Below, one piece after another: positions 15,360-23,397 of a stretch of DNA of 38,549 nucleotides. This DNA comes from a virus. Both the position numbers and the translations under genes were made by a program. Position 1 is the stretch's first letter, and the number at the start of each line of letters is the position of its first letter. The DNA is taken from IMG/VR virus record IMGVR_UViG_3300028594_000085, positions 1 to 38,549 of that record; one strand, written 5' to 3'. The notes below the pieces were generated by a model, which saw only the letters and a program-made list of their open reading frames with translations, was not told where the DNA came from and made no database searches.

Positions 15360-16253
15360 TTATTCTGCTGCAGTTTTATGAGATACCGCCAGTCCTTCAG
15401 ACTGGTGTTTCATTACGAATAAATCATGATACAGGCGGTTCTGGTATAGGTAACCGTCTCCTTGCGTATGCTGTCCAGGCTGGAAGAGATAAACAGAATT
15501 TAGTTTAGCCTTAGCAACGATTGCACCTCGGAAAACTACAATCCAGTTAAGCTCCAGGGAACCAGCATCTGGTGTAAACCCATCCGTAAAGTCAAAGGAA
15601 GTACGGAAGCGATCCACGTCGAATACTTCAATCAGCGTGACTCCGTCAAGAGTAGTGACGCGCGTTTCGATAGAAGTGCCGCCGTCTTGAATGGAGATCG
15701 TTCCTTTTCCTTCCCGGTAATCTTCTACCGCAGCCATAACGTCAGTAGAAACATAGCAGGTAAGGTTCGCAGTGCCGAATTTACGCAGTTTACGTAAGTC
15801 TGCCCGTAAGCGACTGACTACATCTGCTGGAGTGCCATCCGTTACATCTTCACTGGTAGCCTGATCTAACTCCATTGCTTTGGTTCCGATTTTGGAAAAG
15901 CGGTAGGCGTCAATTTCCGGCCCTGCATGCTCTTCGATAAATACTCGCGTTACGTTTGCAGCACTTGCAGCATAGTTTGACTCGTCCACGTCCATCTGGT
16001 CCACAAAGAATTCAACGTCACGGTCAAACTGCAGAGTGTATGGCTCGTGAGTAACTTCTACCGTACCGCGGTTGTATCCGCCGTTTCGGCTGTGAGTTTT
16101 ATAGCCACTTACTGCTAAGTTTGGAACGTGAAACGTTTTCGCTCCTAACCAGGTGACGTTAGGTGTTTCTAAAATGTTGGTAAGCGTGTTTTGAGTGAAC
16201 GCCTGATCTAATTCCGCTTGATAGCGCTCTGCATAGTTAATTGCGTTTGCCAT
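15360..16253 (-). CDS. Major capsid protein
   Basis: 297 aa directly after the scaffold gene. No stop-free competing frame. Confidence 0.85.
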   Translation of the reverse strand: MANAINYAERYQAELDQAFTQNTLTNILETPNVTWLGAKTFHVPNLAVSGYKTHSRNGGYNRGTVEVTHEPYTLQFDRDVEFFVDQMDVDESNYAASAANVTRVFIEEHAGPEIDAYRFSKIGTKAMELDQATSEDVTDGTPADVVSRLRADLRKLRKFGTANLTCYVSTDVMAAVEDYREGKGTISIQDGGTSIETRVTTLDGVTLIEVFDVDRFRTSFDFTDGFTPDAGSLELNWIVVFRGAIVAKAKLNSVYLFQPGQHTQGDGYLYQNRLYHDLFVMKHQSEGLAVSHKTAAE

Positions 16254-16266
16254 TAATAATCATCTC

Positions 16267-16911
16267 CTATTTTCCTAGTAATACGTCAGCGAATGAATCG
16301 CCTCCGCTTTTTCTTGAGTGGTTTCCGGTAGAGATAGAAGGCTTGCCAGGCTCTTCTGATCCTTCACCCAGGAAGTGAGGGTATTTCTCTGTGACTTTTT
16401 TGATCGCGTCGTCTATCGTGACGTCTTCCGTTACTTGCAGCTGGGCAAGGGCCACGACATCCTCTACAAATTCAGCGTTAACTCCAGCCTTCATTGCACT
16501 TACTTGAGCAGTAAGGGAGCTAATCGTCTCCTTGTCCTGGAGGCTTTCCTTCTCCAAGTTTTGAAGCTTTTCAGCCTGTTTCTCGGCGTCGGTTTTCTGG
16601 GCTTCCTGCCATTCCTGGAACTTTTTAAAGCCATCCTTGGCGTTTTCAAAGTCCTCAATGCCCAGCTCTTTAAAGAGCTTTTCCTGGGCTTTACGAGCTT
16701 CTTTAGCAGCAATGTTGTTAACATCTTCCTGCGTGAATGTTTTGTCCTCTGGCTTATCGTCTTTAGGCTCACCAGTATTGCCTTTTGGAGCAGGTGGTTC
16801 TTGACCTCCCGGATTGTCTGATGGCGCCGGGTCACCAGTGCCTCCAGCTCCGCCGCCAGTATCAGCAGCAAAGTACTGCAGGTTCATGCGTAAAAGTTGC
16901 TGTAATTCCAT
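16267..16911 (-). CDS. Scaffolding protein (GP20-like)
   Basis: N-terminal NLQYFA motif, Gly/Pro-rich segment, long charged coiled coil. Lies between the MuF and capsid genes. Confidence 0.8.
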   Translation of the reverse strand: MELQQLLRMNLQYFAADTGGGAGGTGDPAPSDNPGGQEPPAPKGNTGEPKDDKPEDKTFTQEDVNNIAAKEARKAQEKLFKELGIEDFENAKDGFKKFQEWQEAQKTDAEKQAEKLQNLEKESLQDKETISSLTAQVSAMKAGVNAEFVEDVVALAQLQVTEDVTIDDAIKKVTEKYPHFLGEGSEEPGKPSISTGNHSRKSGGDSFADVLLGK

Positions 16912-16976
16912 TTATAATTCCTCCCTGATGGGTAAATTTTCTTCTGTTTTCTGTCCGCCTAACAGATAAAAGGCAT

Positions 16977-17009
16977 AAGAAAAGCTCCTAACGCTTGACT
17001 GCTAGGAGC
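16977..17009 (-). terminator. Terminator-like hairpin after the 61-aa ORF
   Basis: Perfect 7-bp stem gctccta(16984-16990)/taggagc(17003-17009) with a 12-nt loop. UUUUCUU follows on the minus strand. Confidence 0.5.
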
Positions 17010-17011
17010 GA

Positions 17012-17197
17012 TTAATCTTCTTCTAATGCATATCCTGCTATATTTCCTCTATAAAAAACTGCATCTCTTCTCACTTGAGTAAAAACTCCAAAATAACTAA
17101 AATTCAATTCCTCTGAACCATCTTGAAAATTTTCCACTTGTTCAAACTTACAGGTGTTTCCGTTTGTTAACCAGATAATTAAAGTCTTATTTTTCAT
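17012..17197 (-). CDS. Hypothetical 61-aa protein (low-GC insert in the head module)
   Basis: AAAGGTGGTGA SD. A sampled 60-nt line is about 28% GC, against about 50% in the flanking genes. Bracketed by hairpins. Confidence 0.6.
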   Translation of the reverse strand: MKNKTLIIWLTNGNTCKFEQVENFQDGSEELNFSYFGVFTQVRRDAVFYRGNIAGYALEED

Positions 17198-17269
17198 GGT
17201 TTCACCACCTTTACAGGATACGAAACGGCTGCCCGCCCGGCAGCTGGGAGATGGGGATCACACTCCTCT

Positions 17270-17398
17270 CTAAGCCATATAGTTTGGCTCTTTGGGTTTT
17301 TTAAGCTCGCGGATCTCTTCCTCCTGACGGAGGACAATTTCCGTCAATCCCTGTACATGCTCTTTCAGCTGTTCAAATTCCTTGCGGGATACAAACAT
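17270..17398 (-). CDS. Small coiled-coil protein (42 aa), absent from the ORF track
   Basis: Hand translation: MFVSRKEFEQLKEHVQGLTEIVLRQEEEIRELKKPKEPNYMA. GGAGG lies 7 nt upstream, within the end of the MuF gene. Confidence 0.55.
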   Translation of the reverse strand: MFVSRKEFEQLKEHVQGLTEIVLRQEEEIRELKKPKEPNYMA

Positions 17399-17401
17399 GC
17401 T

Positions 17402-18547
17402 TTAACCTCCTATACGGCCTCTGACGTGCGGATTACCAACAGGGAGGACCTCACGCTGACGCTGTCTGGTCCGTCCGGTATCGTCGATAAACTTCCGCAT
17501 GTTAGCCTGTTTCTTTAGCACTTTCTGTTTGGCTTGTTCCTGCCCTTCTTTATCTTCCAGGGCTTGCATCATGTTATATTCACGTTTTGCCTTCCGGATC
17601 TCGCGCTCCAGGTGACGCTGCCGCTGACTCTGTTCATAGATCAGGGCATTTTCTGTAGCGTCTTCCGTCGGTTCATAAGTGCGTTGCGATATACCGGGGA
17701 TATACGGATATTTAAAATGACCGCAATTAATCCCAAACAATCCCGCAGGCTCACCGTAAGAAGTATCTCGGATTGAAGGATAGTTTCTGTCTCTGCCACT
17801 CTTTGAAAATACGCGGCCCTGATAGGGAGCGCATAGAGGACGAGCTCCGGAATGGCTAGATACTTCAAAAAGATCGACGCCGTATTCGTCCATTCTCGCA
17901 TCTTGCATTTCATGAGAGACATTATTGGTTACAGTGCGCGTGATCATATTGACATATGCCTCTGTAGACCATTGCCTGCCAGCCCGGTCAATCATGGCGG
18001 GGACGCCCATATCTGCCCAGTTTCTGGCAGCTTCCCGGAGAGCTTGTTCTGGAGTAGAAACGCCAGACATAACTTTTCCAGTAACATTGCTGACCACGTT
18101 TAAATACTGCTGCCGGGACTGATCCAGCATCGTTGTATTGACCATGTTCATCCATTCGCGCGCATGGTTCTCGTAAGCGTCCAGGATATTAAGCAGGGCC
18201 TCACTGTTTCGGATATCGGGAGGACTGGAGAGCAAGCCGCGCCTTACGGCCTCTGCCATATCCGGTTCGATTTCTTCCACGGCACTGTATCCGACCTCTT
18301 CCAGCATTTTTGCTACCTCATCAATGGCAAGATTAGACTTGCGGGCCATAAAGATAATGTTTTCCTGCGTCAGTCCGCCCAGCTGATTCAGCTTATCCGC
18401 CTGCCAGGAAGTAATGTCATCGTCCATCAGACTTTTGCCGCGCTTTAAGCGTTTGGCAGCATTGAGCAGGATCTGCTCTTCAATCTGCAGGAAGATCTCG
18501 ACAGTGGGGAGGGAGAGCTGCTGATGTTTAAGTCTCCTCATCGCCAT
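17402..18547 (-). CDS. Minor head protein, Mu F / SPP1 gp7 family
   Basis: 381 aa after the portal gene. The motif SHSGARPLCAPYQGRVF...GINCGH is typical of the family. Confidence 0.8.
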   Translation of the reverse strand: MAMRRLKHQQLSLPTVEIFLQIEEQILLNAAKRLKRGKSLMDDDITSWQADKLNQLGGLTQENIIFMARKSNLAIDEVAKMLEEVGYSAVEEIEPDMAEAVRRGLLSSPPDIRNSEALLNILDAYENHAREWMNMVNTTMLDQSRQQYLNVVSNVTGKVMSGVSTPEQALREAARNWADMGVPAMIDRAGRQWSTEAYVNMITRTVTNNVSHEMQDARMDEYGVDLFEVSSHSGARPLCAPYQGRVFSKSGRDRNYPSIRDTSYGEPAGLFGINCGHFKYPYIPGISQRTYEPTEDATENALIYEQSQRQRHLEREIRKAKREYNMMQALEDKEGQEQAKQKVLKKQANMRKFIDDTGRTRQRQREVLPVGNPHVRGRIGG

Positions 18548-18695
18548 CGACCTCTCTGAATCTTACGGTTCGGCTTTGTGCGATCTCTAGCATCATTCTT
18601 AAAAGCCATTCATCCGGGATGTCATTATCCCATTGATGCCGAATGAGAAACGTTTCCAGTTCATGCTTTAATGCAGCATATTGACTACCGTCCAT
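18528..18695 (-). CDS. Small hypothetical protein (55 aa)
   Basis: The ATG at 18695 has GGAGGAGG 8 nt upstream. Overlaps the portal end and the MuF start. Confidence 0.5.
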   Translation of the reverse strand: MDGSQYAALKHELETFLIRHQWDNDIPDEWLLRMMLEIAQSRTVRFREVDGDEET

Positions 18696-20187
18696 CCCCG
18701 CTGCCTCCTCCGCCATTTAATCCGAAGAAGTCAATAGCTTCTGGAGTAGTCCGGCGTTGCTCTTCTGCAATTCGAATCAGTTCATCCTCGGCTTCATCTT
18801 CAGTCAATCCCAGCAGGGCAATTATGGCTCGTTTCTTAGAAGCAAGGTCATTGGAGACAAGCTGCGTCCAATATTGCAGATCTCCCATTTTGTCCTCTGC
18901 TACTGAATCGTCAAAGGTGACAGTGACCTCGTAATCTTCCGGACGGTTGAACAGCTCATATTCTTCTGCCAGGTCCAGGATGATCTCCACCAGGTCCTTG
19001 ATGCCTTCCTCGATCATCGTTTCATGGGATTGTTTGGTGCGGAAGGTCTTACTGTTTTCTGACACAACTTCTGTAGCTGTTTTCATCGACTGGCCGTCAA
19101 AGCTGAATGATCCAGCAGAAAAGCCCGTCTGCATTGCAAACAGATTAAGCAGCGCATTTATAGCTGAAACATGTTCATCAACTCGGAGCTCTACTGAATT
19201 ATCATGAATCTTCTGCCCTTCAGGATCATCAAATTTAAATGCCTGGTAGACCTCGTCATCTGCGTCAAAATACCGCACCTGTTTTCCAGTCTCCGGATCG
19301 TTGACATATTTAATAGCAGAAGAGGGGACCAGGATCCGTTTCTTGCCTAGTCGGAATTCGCGTTCAAACGAGTCGAAAGCAATGTCGATAGCTTTAATGG
19401 TATCTAATGCATTCCCATAGATGGAAACGCCCATCGGGCTATCCATATCTACGTTGTTTGCGCTGTTCGGCTTGATGTAAACAAAGATAGGACGCTTCCA
19501 GTTATTAAATTCAATGACCGGCTCCAGGTCAGGGTAGAGGACCTTAATATCTACAGGCGTTCCAATCTCTCCGGTAGATGTCTTTGCTTCATACAGTTCA
19601 TGATCCACATAATAGGTGCCTTGCTTCCAGTAATGCCATTCTAAATGGGTATAGGTTTTATCGCCCTTCACCGTCTCATTGATAAAGACGCCCTCCGTTA
19701 CTTTCTTGTTGGTCCAGCCGGTAGGGATAAAAGAGTCTGCTTTAACATAAGCAATTTTCATCTGCTGATCTTCCACGTGCGCTTTTACGACAAAGCCGCC
19801 AAGCGCAAACATATACTCCAGGTAGCGCTGAAACTCTCTGCGGAAACCGTTATTGTCCAGCACATCCTCAATATCTTTCCTTAGCGTTTCGTCGGAGATG
19901 TTCACCTGGCAGCGCTCGTTAAATACGAGTGTAGCCATTTCTTCTGAAACAACTTTAGGCATACCCAGCGAGCTCCTGCGCCGTTTCTTTGTGCCGGAAA
20001 TGGTTTTATCTTGCGTATCATGAAAAGGCCCGTAATATCCCTGATAGAGCGCTTTCCAGGTCTCCATCTGCTGGAACATTGGTTCTGAAATGTTTAAATC
20101 TCGTTTATCGCTAAGGTCTTTTAGACCTTGAATCAATCCCATATTATAAAGCCACCTCCTCACTGTAGAGACGATACTCTTAAACAT
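18685..20187 (-). CDS. Portal protein (SPP1 gp6-like)
   Basis: 500 aa, located downstream of terL and upstream of MuF. Confidence 0.85.
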   Translation of the reverse strand: MFKSIVSTVRRWLYNMGLIQGLKDLSDKRDLNISEPMFQQMETWKALYQGYYGPFHDTQDKTISGTKKRRRSSLGMPKVVSEEMATLVFNERCQVNISDETLRKDIEDVLDNNGFRREFQRYLEYMFALGGFVVKAHVEDQQMKIAYVKADSFIPTGWTNKKVTEGVFINETVKGDKTYTHLEWHYWKQGTYYVDHELYEAKTSTGEIGTPVDIKVLYPDLEPVIEFNNWKRPIFVYIKPNSANNVDMDSPMGVSIYGNALDTIKAIDIAFDSFEREFRLGKKRILVPSSAIKYVNDPETGKQVRYFDADDEVYQAFKFDDPEGQKIHDNSVELRVDEHVSAINALLNLFAMQTGFSAGSFSFDGQSMKTATEVVSENSKTFRTKQSHETMIEEGIKDLVEIILDLAEEYELFNRPEDYEVTVTFDDSVAEDKMGDLQYWTQLVSNDLASKKRAIIALLGLTEDEAEDELIRIAEEQRRTTPEAIDFFGLNGGGGSGDGR

Positions 20188-20400
20188 TTACTCACCGCCT
20201 GTGTTTTCGTATCTGTCAACAATGCTGACTATAAAATCATTTACTTCTAGATTAAAATTTTCATGGAGTACATGAGCAGGAAAGGTTGCTGTTTTAACTT
20301 CCTTTGTTTGATGTATCCGGTACTTTATATAAACAGAAGGCCCGTCGTCAGGGTCTACATAGAACCGGGCTTCATACACTCCATATTTAGCTTTGGGCAT
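20188..20400 (-). CDS. Hypothetical 70-aa protein
   Basis: Abuts the portal start and follows terL by 12 nt. Confidence 0.6.
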   Translation of the reverse strand: MPKAKYGVYEARFYVDPDDGPSVYIKYRIHQTKEVKTATFPAHVLHENFNLEVNDFIVSIVDRYENTGGE

Positions 20401-20412
20401 CTCCAGCGCCTC

Positions 20413-21714
20413 CTAAATTACATAGTTTTTATAAAAATGGTTCGTGCTATAGCGGAATTCGTCCATGGCATGGTTATAGTCATCTATCGGCTTGCCGCTG
20501 TTTTCGTCGCGGACGTACATGCCTGCCTCTTTAATAAAGTGATAGTGATCATAGCGGTCATTCTCGATGAGGTAGAACTGCTTGTTAGTGATCAGGTTCT
20601 GCGCCCGTTCGATTCCTACTTCAATACCGCCGCCTTGCTTCCTGGCGTCTCGTGCATTATTATCTGCGCCCGTTGTATCAATCCCGATAAGCTCCAGCTC
20701 TTCCCGCAAGCTTTTAGCAGCCGGATCCACTAGCACCTCGGAGTATCGCATTTCAAACTTATCGACGCACCAGGTGATAAAGTCCTTGATCTCCTTGGCG
20801 TAAACACTCATAGCCTTTACCTGGCCTGTATCAGCGCCAGAGTGGTAATAGTGGGCTGCACGGTTTAAGCGGAACTTTTCTTTATAGCGCGTGACAATAT
20901 TGCAAGAAACAGAAGTCGCATCTGACTGTCCAGCATCCGCAGAAAAATACATTTCATACGGCTTGCCCCGTAAAACAGGCAGCTGGTGTTTCTGCGGATT
21001 GAACATAGAATAAATAACGCCTTCTGGCATGACGCGTTTCCCGTACCAGTCACGATCCAGCAGGTAAGGGTTTTTACTTAGTGTCTCGAAAATGGACTTT
21101 TTCCGTTCTTCCGTAATGATCGGGTTGTCGTTTATCGTCCAATGCAGCCAGTCCGTATCCTGGACCTCAAAGACATCACTAATAACCGGATCATGGGGAG
21201 CAGGAGGGTTCAGGTCTGCTAGATGGAAGCGATTCAGAGCAGCAAACGTCCGCCGGAAACATTCCTGTATAAACTTCAAGTTTAATAAATTGATCTCACA
21301 AAAAACGACGCTACCCAGGGACATCCCAGTAATAGCGCCTACGCTGTTTGATTTTCCGCCGCCCTTGTAGTAGACCTTTTTAATGCCGGTTGCTGTATGC
21401 ACTTCTAAATGTGATCCGTGTTCATCGTGGCGGATCCGTGCCAGGTCTCCAAAGATATGCTGCAATCCCGTACCGTCACCGTCGATAAAAAGGCGGTAAG
21501 CCTGTTCCTGGTTATAGGCAGCTATCAGATGGTTGGTATCTTTGGACTGATTGAGATAGTTTGCATATCTGAAATGCCCGGCTGTTGTTTTTCCACTTCT
21601 GGGCGTTCCCTCTAAAACCTCAAGGGTATGCTTAAATGGCCGGTAAGCCGTCCACAATTGCTTTTTAGAGAGCTGAAAGGTATCAGTCATCAGCATCACC
21701 TTTAAACTCGTCAA
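20413..21714 (-). CDS. terL: Terminase large subunit (PBSX / Terminase_3 type)
   Basis: Walker A GTPRSGKT and a C-terminal nuclease region. 433 aa. Overlaps the terS end. Confidence 0.9.
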   Translation of the reverse strand: MTSLKVMLMTDTFQLSKKQLWTAYRPFKHTLEVLEGTPRSGKTTAGHFRYANYLNQSKDTNHLIAAYNQEQAYRLFIDGDGTGLQHIFGDLARIRHDEHGSHLEVHTATGIKKVYYKGGGKSNSVGAITGMSLGSVVFCEINLLNLKFIQECFRRTFAALNRFHLADLNPPAPHDPVISDVFEVQDTDWLHWTINDNPIITEERKKSIFETLSKNPYLLDRDWYGKRVMPEGVIYSMFNPQKHQLPVLRGKPYEMYFSADAGQSDATSVSCNIVTRYKEKFRLNRAAHYYHSGADTGQVKAMSVYAKEIKDFITWCVDKFEMRYSEVLVDPAAKSLREELELIGIDTTGADNNARDARKQGGGIEVGIERAQNLITNKQFYLIENDRYDHYHFIKEAGMYVRDENSGKPIDDYNHAMDEFRYSTNHFYKNYVI

Positions 21715-22600
21715 ACGCTCCCTGCGCCTCTAATTCGGCAAACTGCTTCTGACTGTCCAGAAGAGCCTGCAGCTTGGACGTGTCTTTCTCCTCGCCCTGA
21801 ATTTGAGTAGTGCGGGCTTTGGTAAGATCCGTCTCTGCTTTCAGCTTCTCCTTCTGCAGCTGTTCCTTCTCGGAGTCGGAGAGGAGATCGAAATACTTCT
21901 CCAGCTTCTCCAGGGCTTTCATCTTGTCCGCCAATTTGACCGTGATTCCTTCCTTGCCTTCTTTGACCTCGGTAAGGATCGAGCCATCAATATCGTCAGA
22001 GTCTTTCAGCTGGAAGTAATTATAAGTCCTTGCTGATTCTTCGTAGATCGGGTTCTTATCTTCATCAAAACCGACAAGTTCCATTTTAGGCTGCTGTCCA
22101 AACTCCACAAAGTCGGTAATGTCTGCAAAAGCAATGTCGATATACTTCTGCAGCACTTCTCTAAAATCAAGCATCATTTCTTGCCGGGCTTCGTCTCTCA
22201 CTCGCTCAATTTCCTTCTTTATCTCTACTTTTCTCAACAGCCTATGCCCACTTCTCATGGCAGACTCATAGCCTACTCCATACGCTTTCTGGTAGGCTTT
22301 TGTCGCATTCCAGTACCTTGTATAGTAAATGCAGAAAAGTTGCTGCTGTTCGTTCAAATTGCCGTTTTTAATCTCCGGCTCTTTTTCCGCTTTTTGCGGC
22401 TTCGGCCTTTCCGTCGCGTTGCGTTGCGACGTTGCAACGTTCTTCTGTGGCGTTGCCGTTGCGTTGCGCTGCCACTTTTGGCGGCTCTTCCGGCTGCGGA
22501 CCGTTGAGTCCTTCACGCCATGTTTGGCAGCCAGCTCTTTAATCGTGATATCGCTGGACTCCCATTCTTTTCTGATCTGTTCCCAATTTATCGCCGTCAC
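21683..22600 (-). CDS. terS: Terminase small subunit (N-terminal HTH plus Terminase_2-like domain)
   Basis: GTG start with GGAGGTGGAG SD. HTH ITIKELAAKHGVKDSTVRSRK. The core QQQLFCIYYTRYWNATKAYQKAYG resembles Terminase_2. Confidence 0.8.
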   Translation of the reverse strand: MTAINWEQIRKEWESSDITIKELAAKHGVKDSTVRSRKSRQKWQRNATATPQKNVATSQRNATERPKPQKAEKEPEIKNGNLNEQQQLFCIYYTRYWNATKAYQKAYGVGYESAMRSGHRLLRKVEIKKEIERVRDEARQEMMLDFREVLQKYIDIAFADITDFVEFGQQPKMELVGFDEDKNPIYEESARTYNYFQLKDSDDIDGSILTEVKEGKEGITVKLADKMKALEKLEKYFDLLSDSEKEQLQKEKLKAETDLTKARTTQIQGEEKDTSKLQALLDSQKQFAELEAQGAFDEFKGDADD

Positions 22601-22628
22601 GTCATCAACTCCACCTCCAGCAATGGGA

Positions 22629-22658
22629 TAATAAAAAAGGCACCCGATTCGGATGCCT
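22629..22658 (-). terminator. Rho-independent terminator about 30 nt upstream of terS
   Basis: 9-bp stem 22636-22644 / 22650-22658 with one G-U that exists only on the minus-strand RNA. 5-nt loop, then UUUUUUAUU. Confidence 0.7.
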
Positions 22659-22669
22659 TTCTGCTATTT

Positions 22670-22786
22670 CTTACTCTTTTGCGGACCGCTGCGGCCTTTT
22701 AGCCGGGAGTCCTTCTTGCTTGTATTGGAAGAATTGCCTCGGCTTACTGGTCCTGGTTTCGTACGTCCTCGATCCTGTTTCGCCAT
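22670..22786 (-). CDS. Small basic ORF (38 aa), absent from the ORF track
   Basis: Hand translation: MAKQDRGRTKPGPVSPRQFFQYKQEGLPAKRPQRSAKE. GGAGGTG SD 8 nt upstream. Confidence 0.45.
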
Positions 22787-22869
22787 GGAAGCACACCTCC
22801 ATACTTATAATTTTACCTATTACCATCGTACCACCTATAGGGTGACATTACACTGACTACTTTTTGACA

Positions 22870-23397
22870 CTATCCAAACTTAACCCCATCTATCCCGAAA
22901 AGCAGTACTGCCAAGTCTTTGCAGGCTTTTTCCACGTCTCGATAGACGGTCCGATCTACCACATTTTGACATGCTGCCACTTCTTCGACCGTTTTCTTAT
23001 CATCGGAAAAGTAGAGATCATGAACAATCTGATAGCGGCGTTTCTCCTCCGGATCATCGGATGCCTCACTCATAACCTTATAGACGTTCATCATTTTTTC
23101 CGTGTACTTCACCATGACCAGGGTCTTTTTCTTGCTGCGCTTAATCGACTCCAATTTGAATTCATCTGAATCAATCGTGACGTAAGCCAGCCGGACGTCC
23201 ACCTCTTCGATATCCAGTTTGACGTTCTCGCAGTGCTTCTTGAAACTCCGGTAGTGTTTCAGCAGCAGTTTCACGTTCCGGAGTCTCCGGTCATGGCGTT
23301 CCTGTTTTTCCTTCTCCTGTTTCTCACTGTAGGCCTGAATCGCCTCACGGGATGCAATTTGGGTGATAGTTTTTAGTTGACGCTCAGTAATATGCAT
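22870..23397 (-). CDS. ArpU/RinA-like late transcriptional regulator (sigma-70 region-4-like C-terminus)
   Basis: Position immediately upstream of the packaging genes. The C-terminus YQIVHDLYF..KTVEEVAACQNVVDRTVYRDVEKACKDLAVLLFGI resembles ArpU-family HTH regulators. Confidence 0.55.
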   Translation of the reverse strand: MHITERQLKTITQIASREAIQAYSEKQEKEKQERHDRRLRNVKLLLKHYRSFKKHCENVKLDIEEVDVRLAYVTIDSDEFKLESIKRSKKKTLVMVKYTEKMMNVYKVMSEASDDPEEKRRYQIVHDLYFSDDKKTVEEVAACQNVVDRTVYRDVEKACKDLAVLLFGIDGVKFG

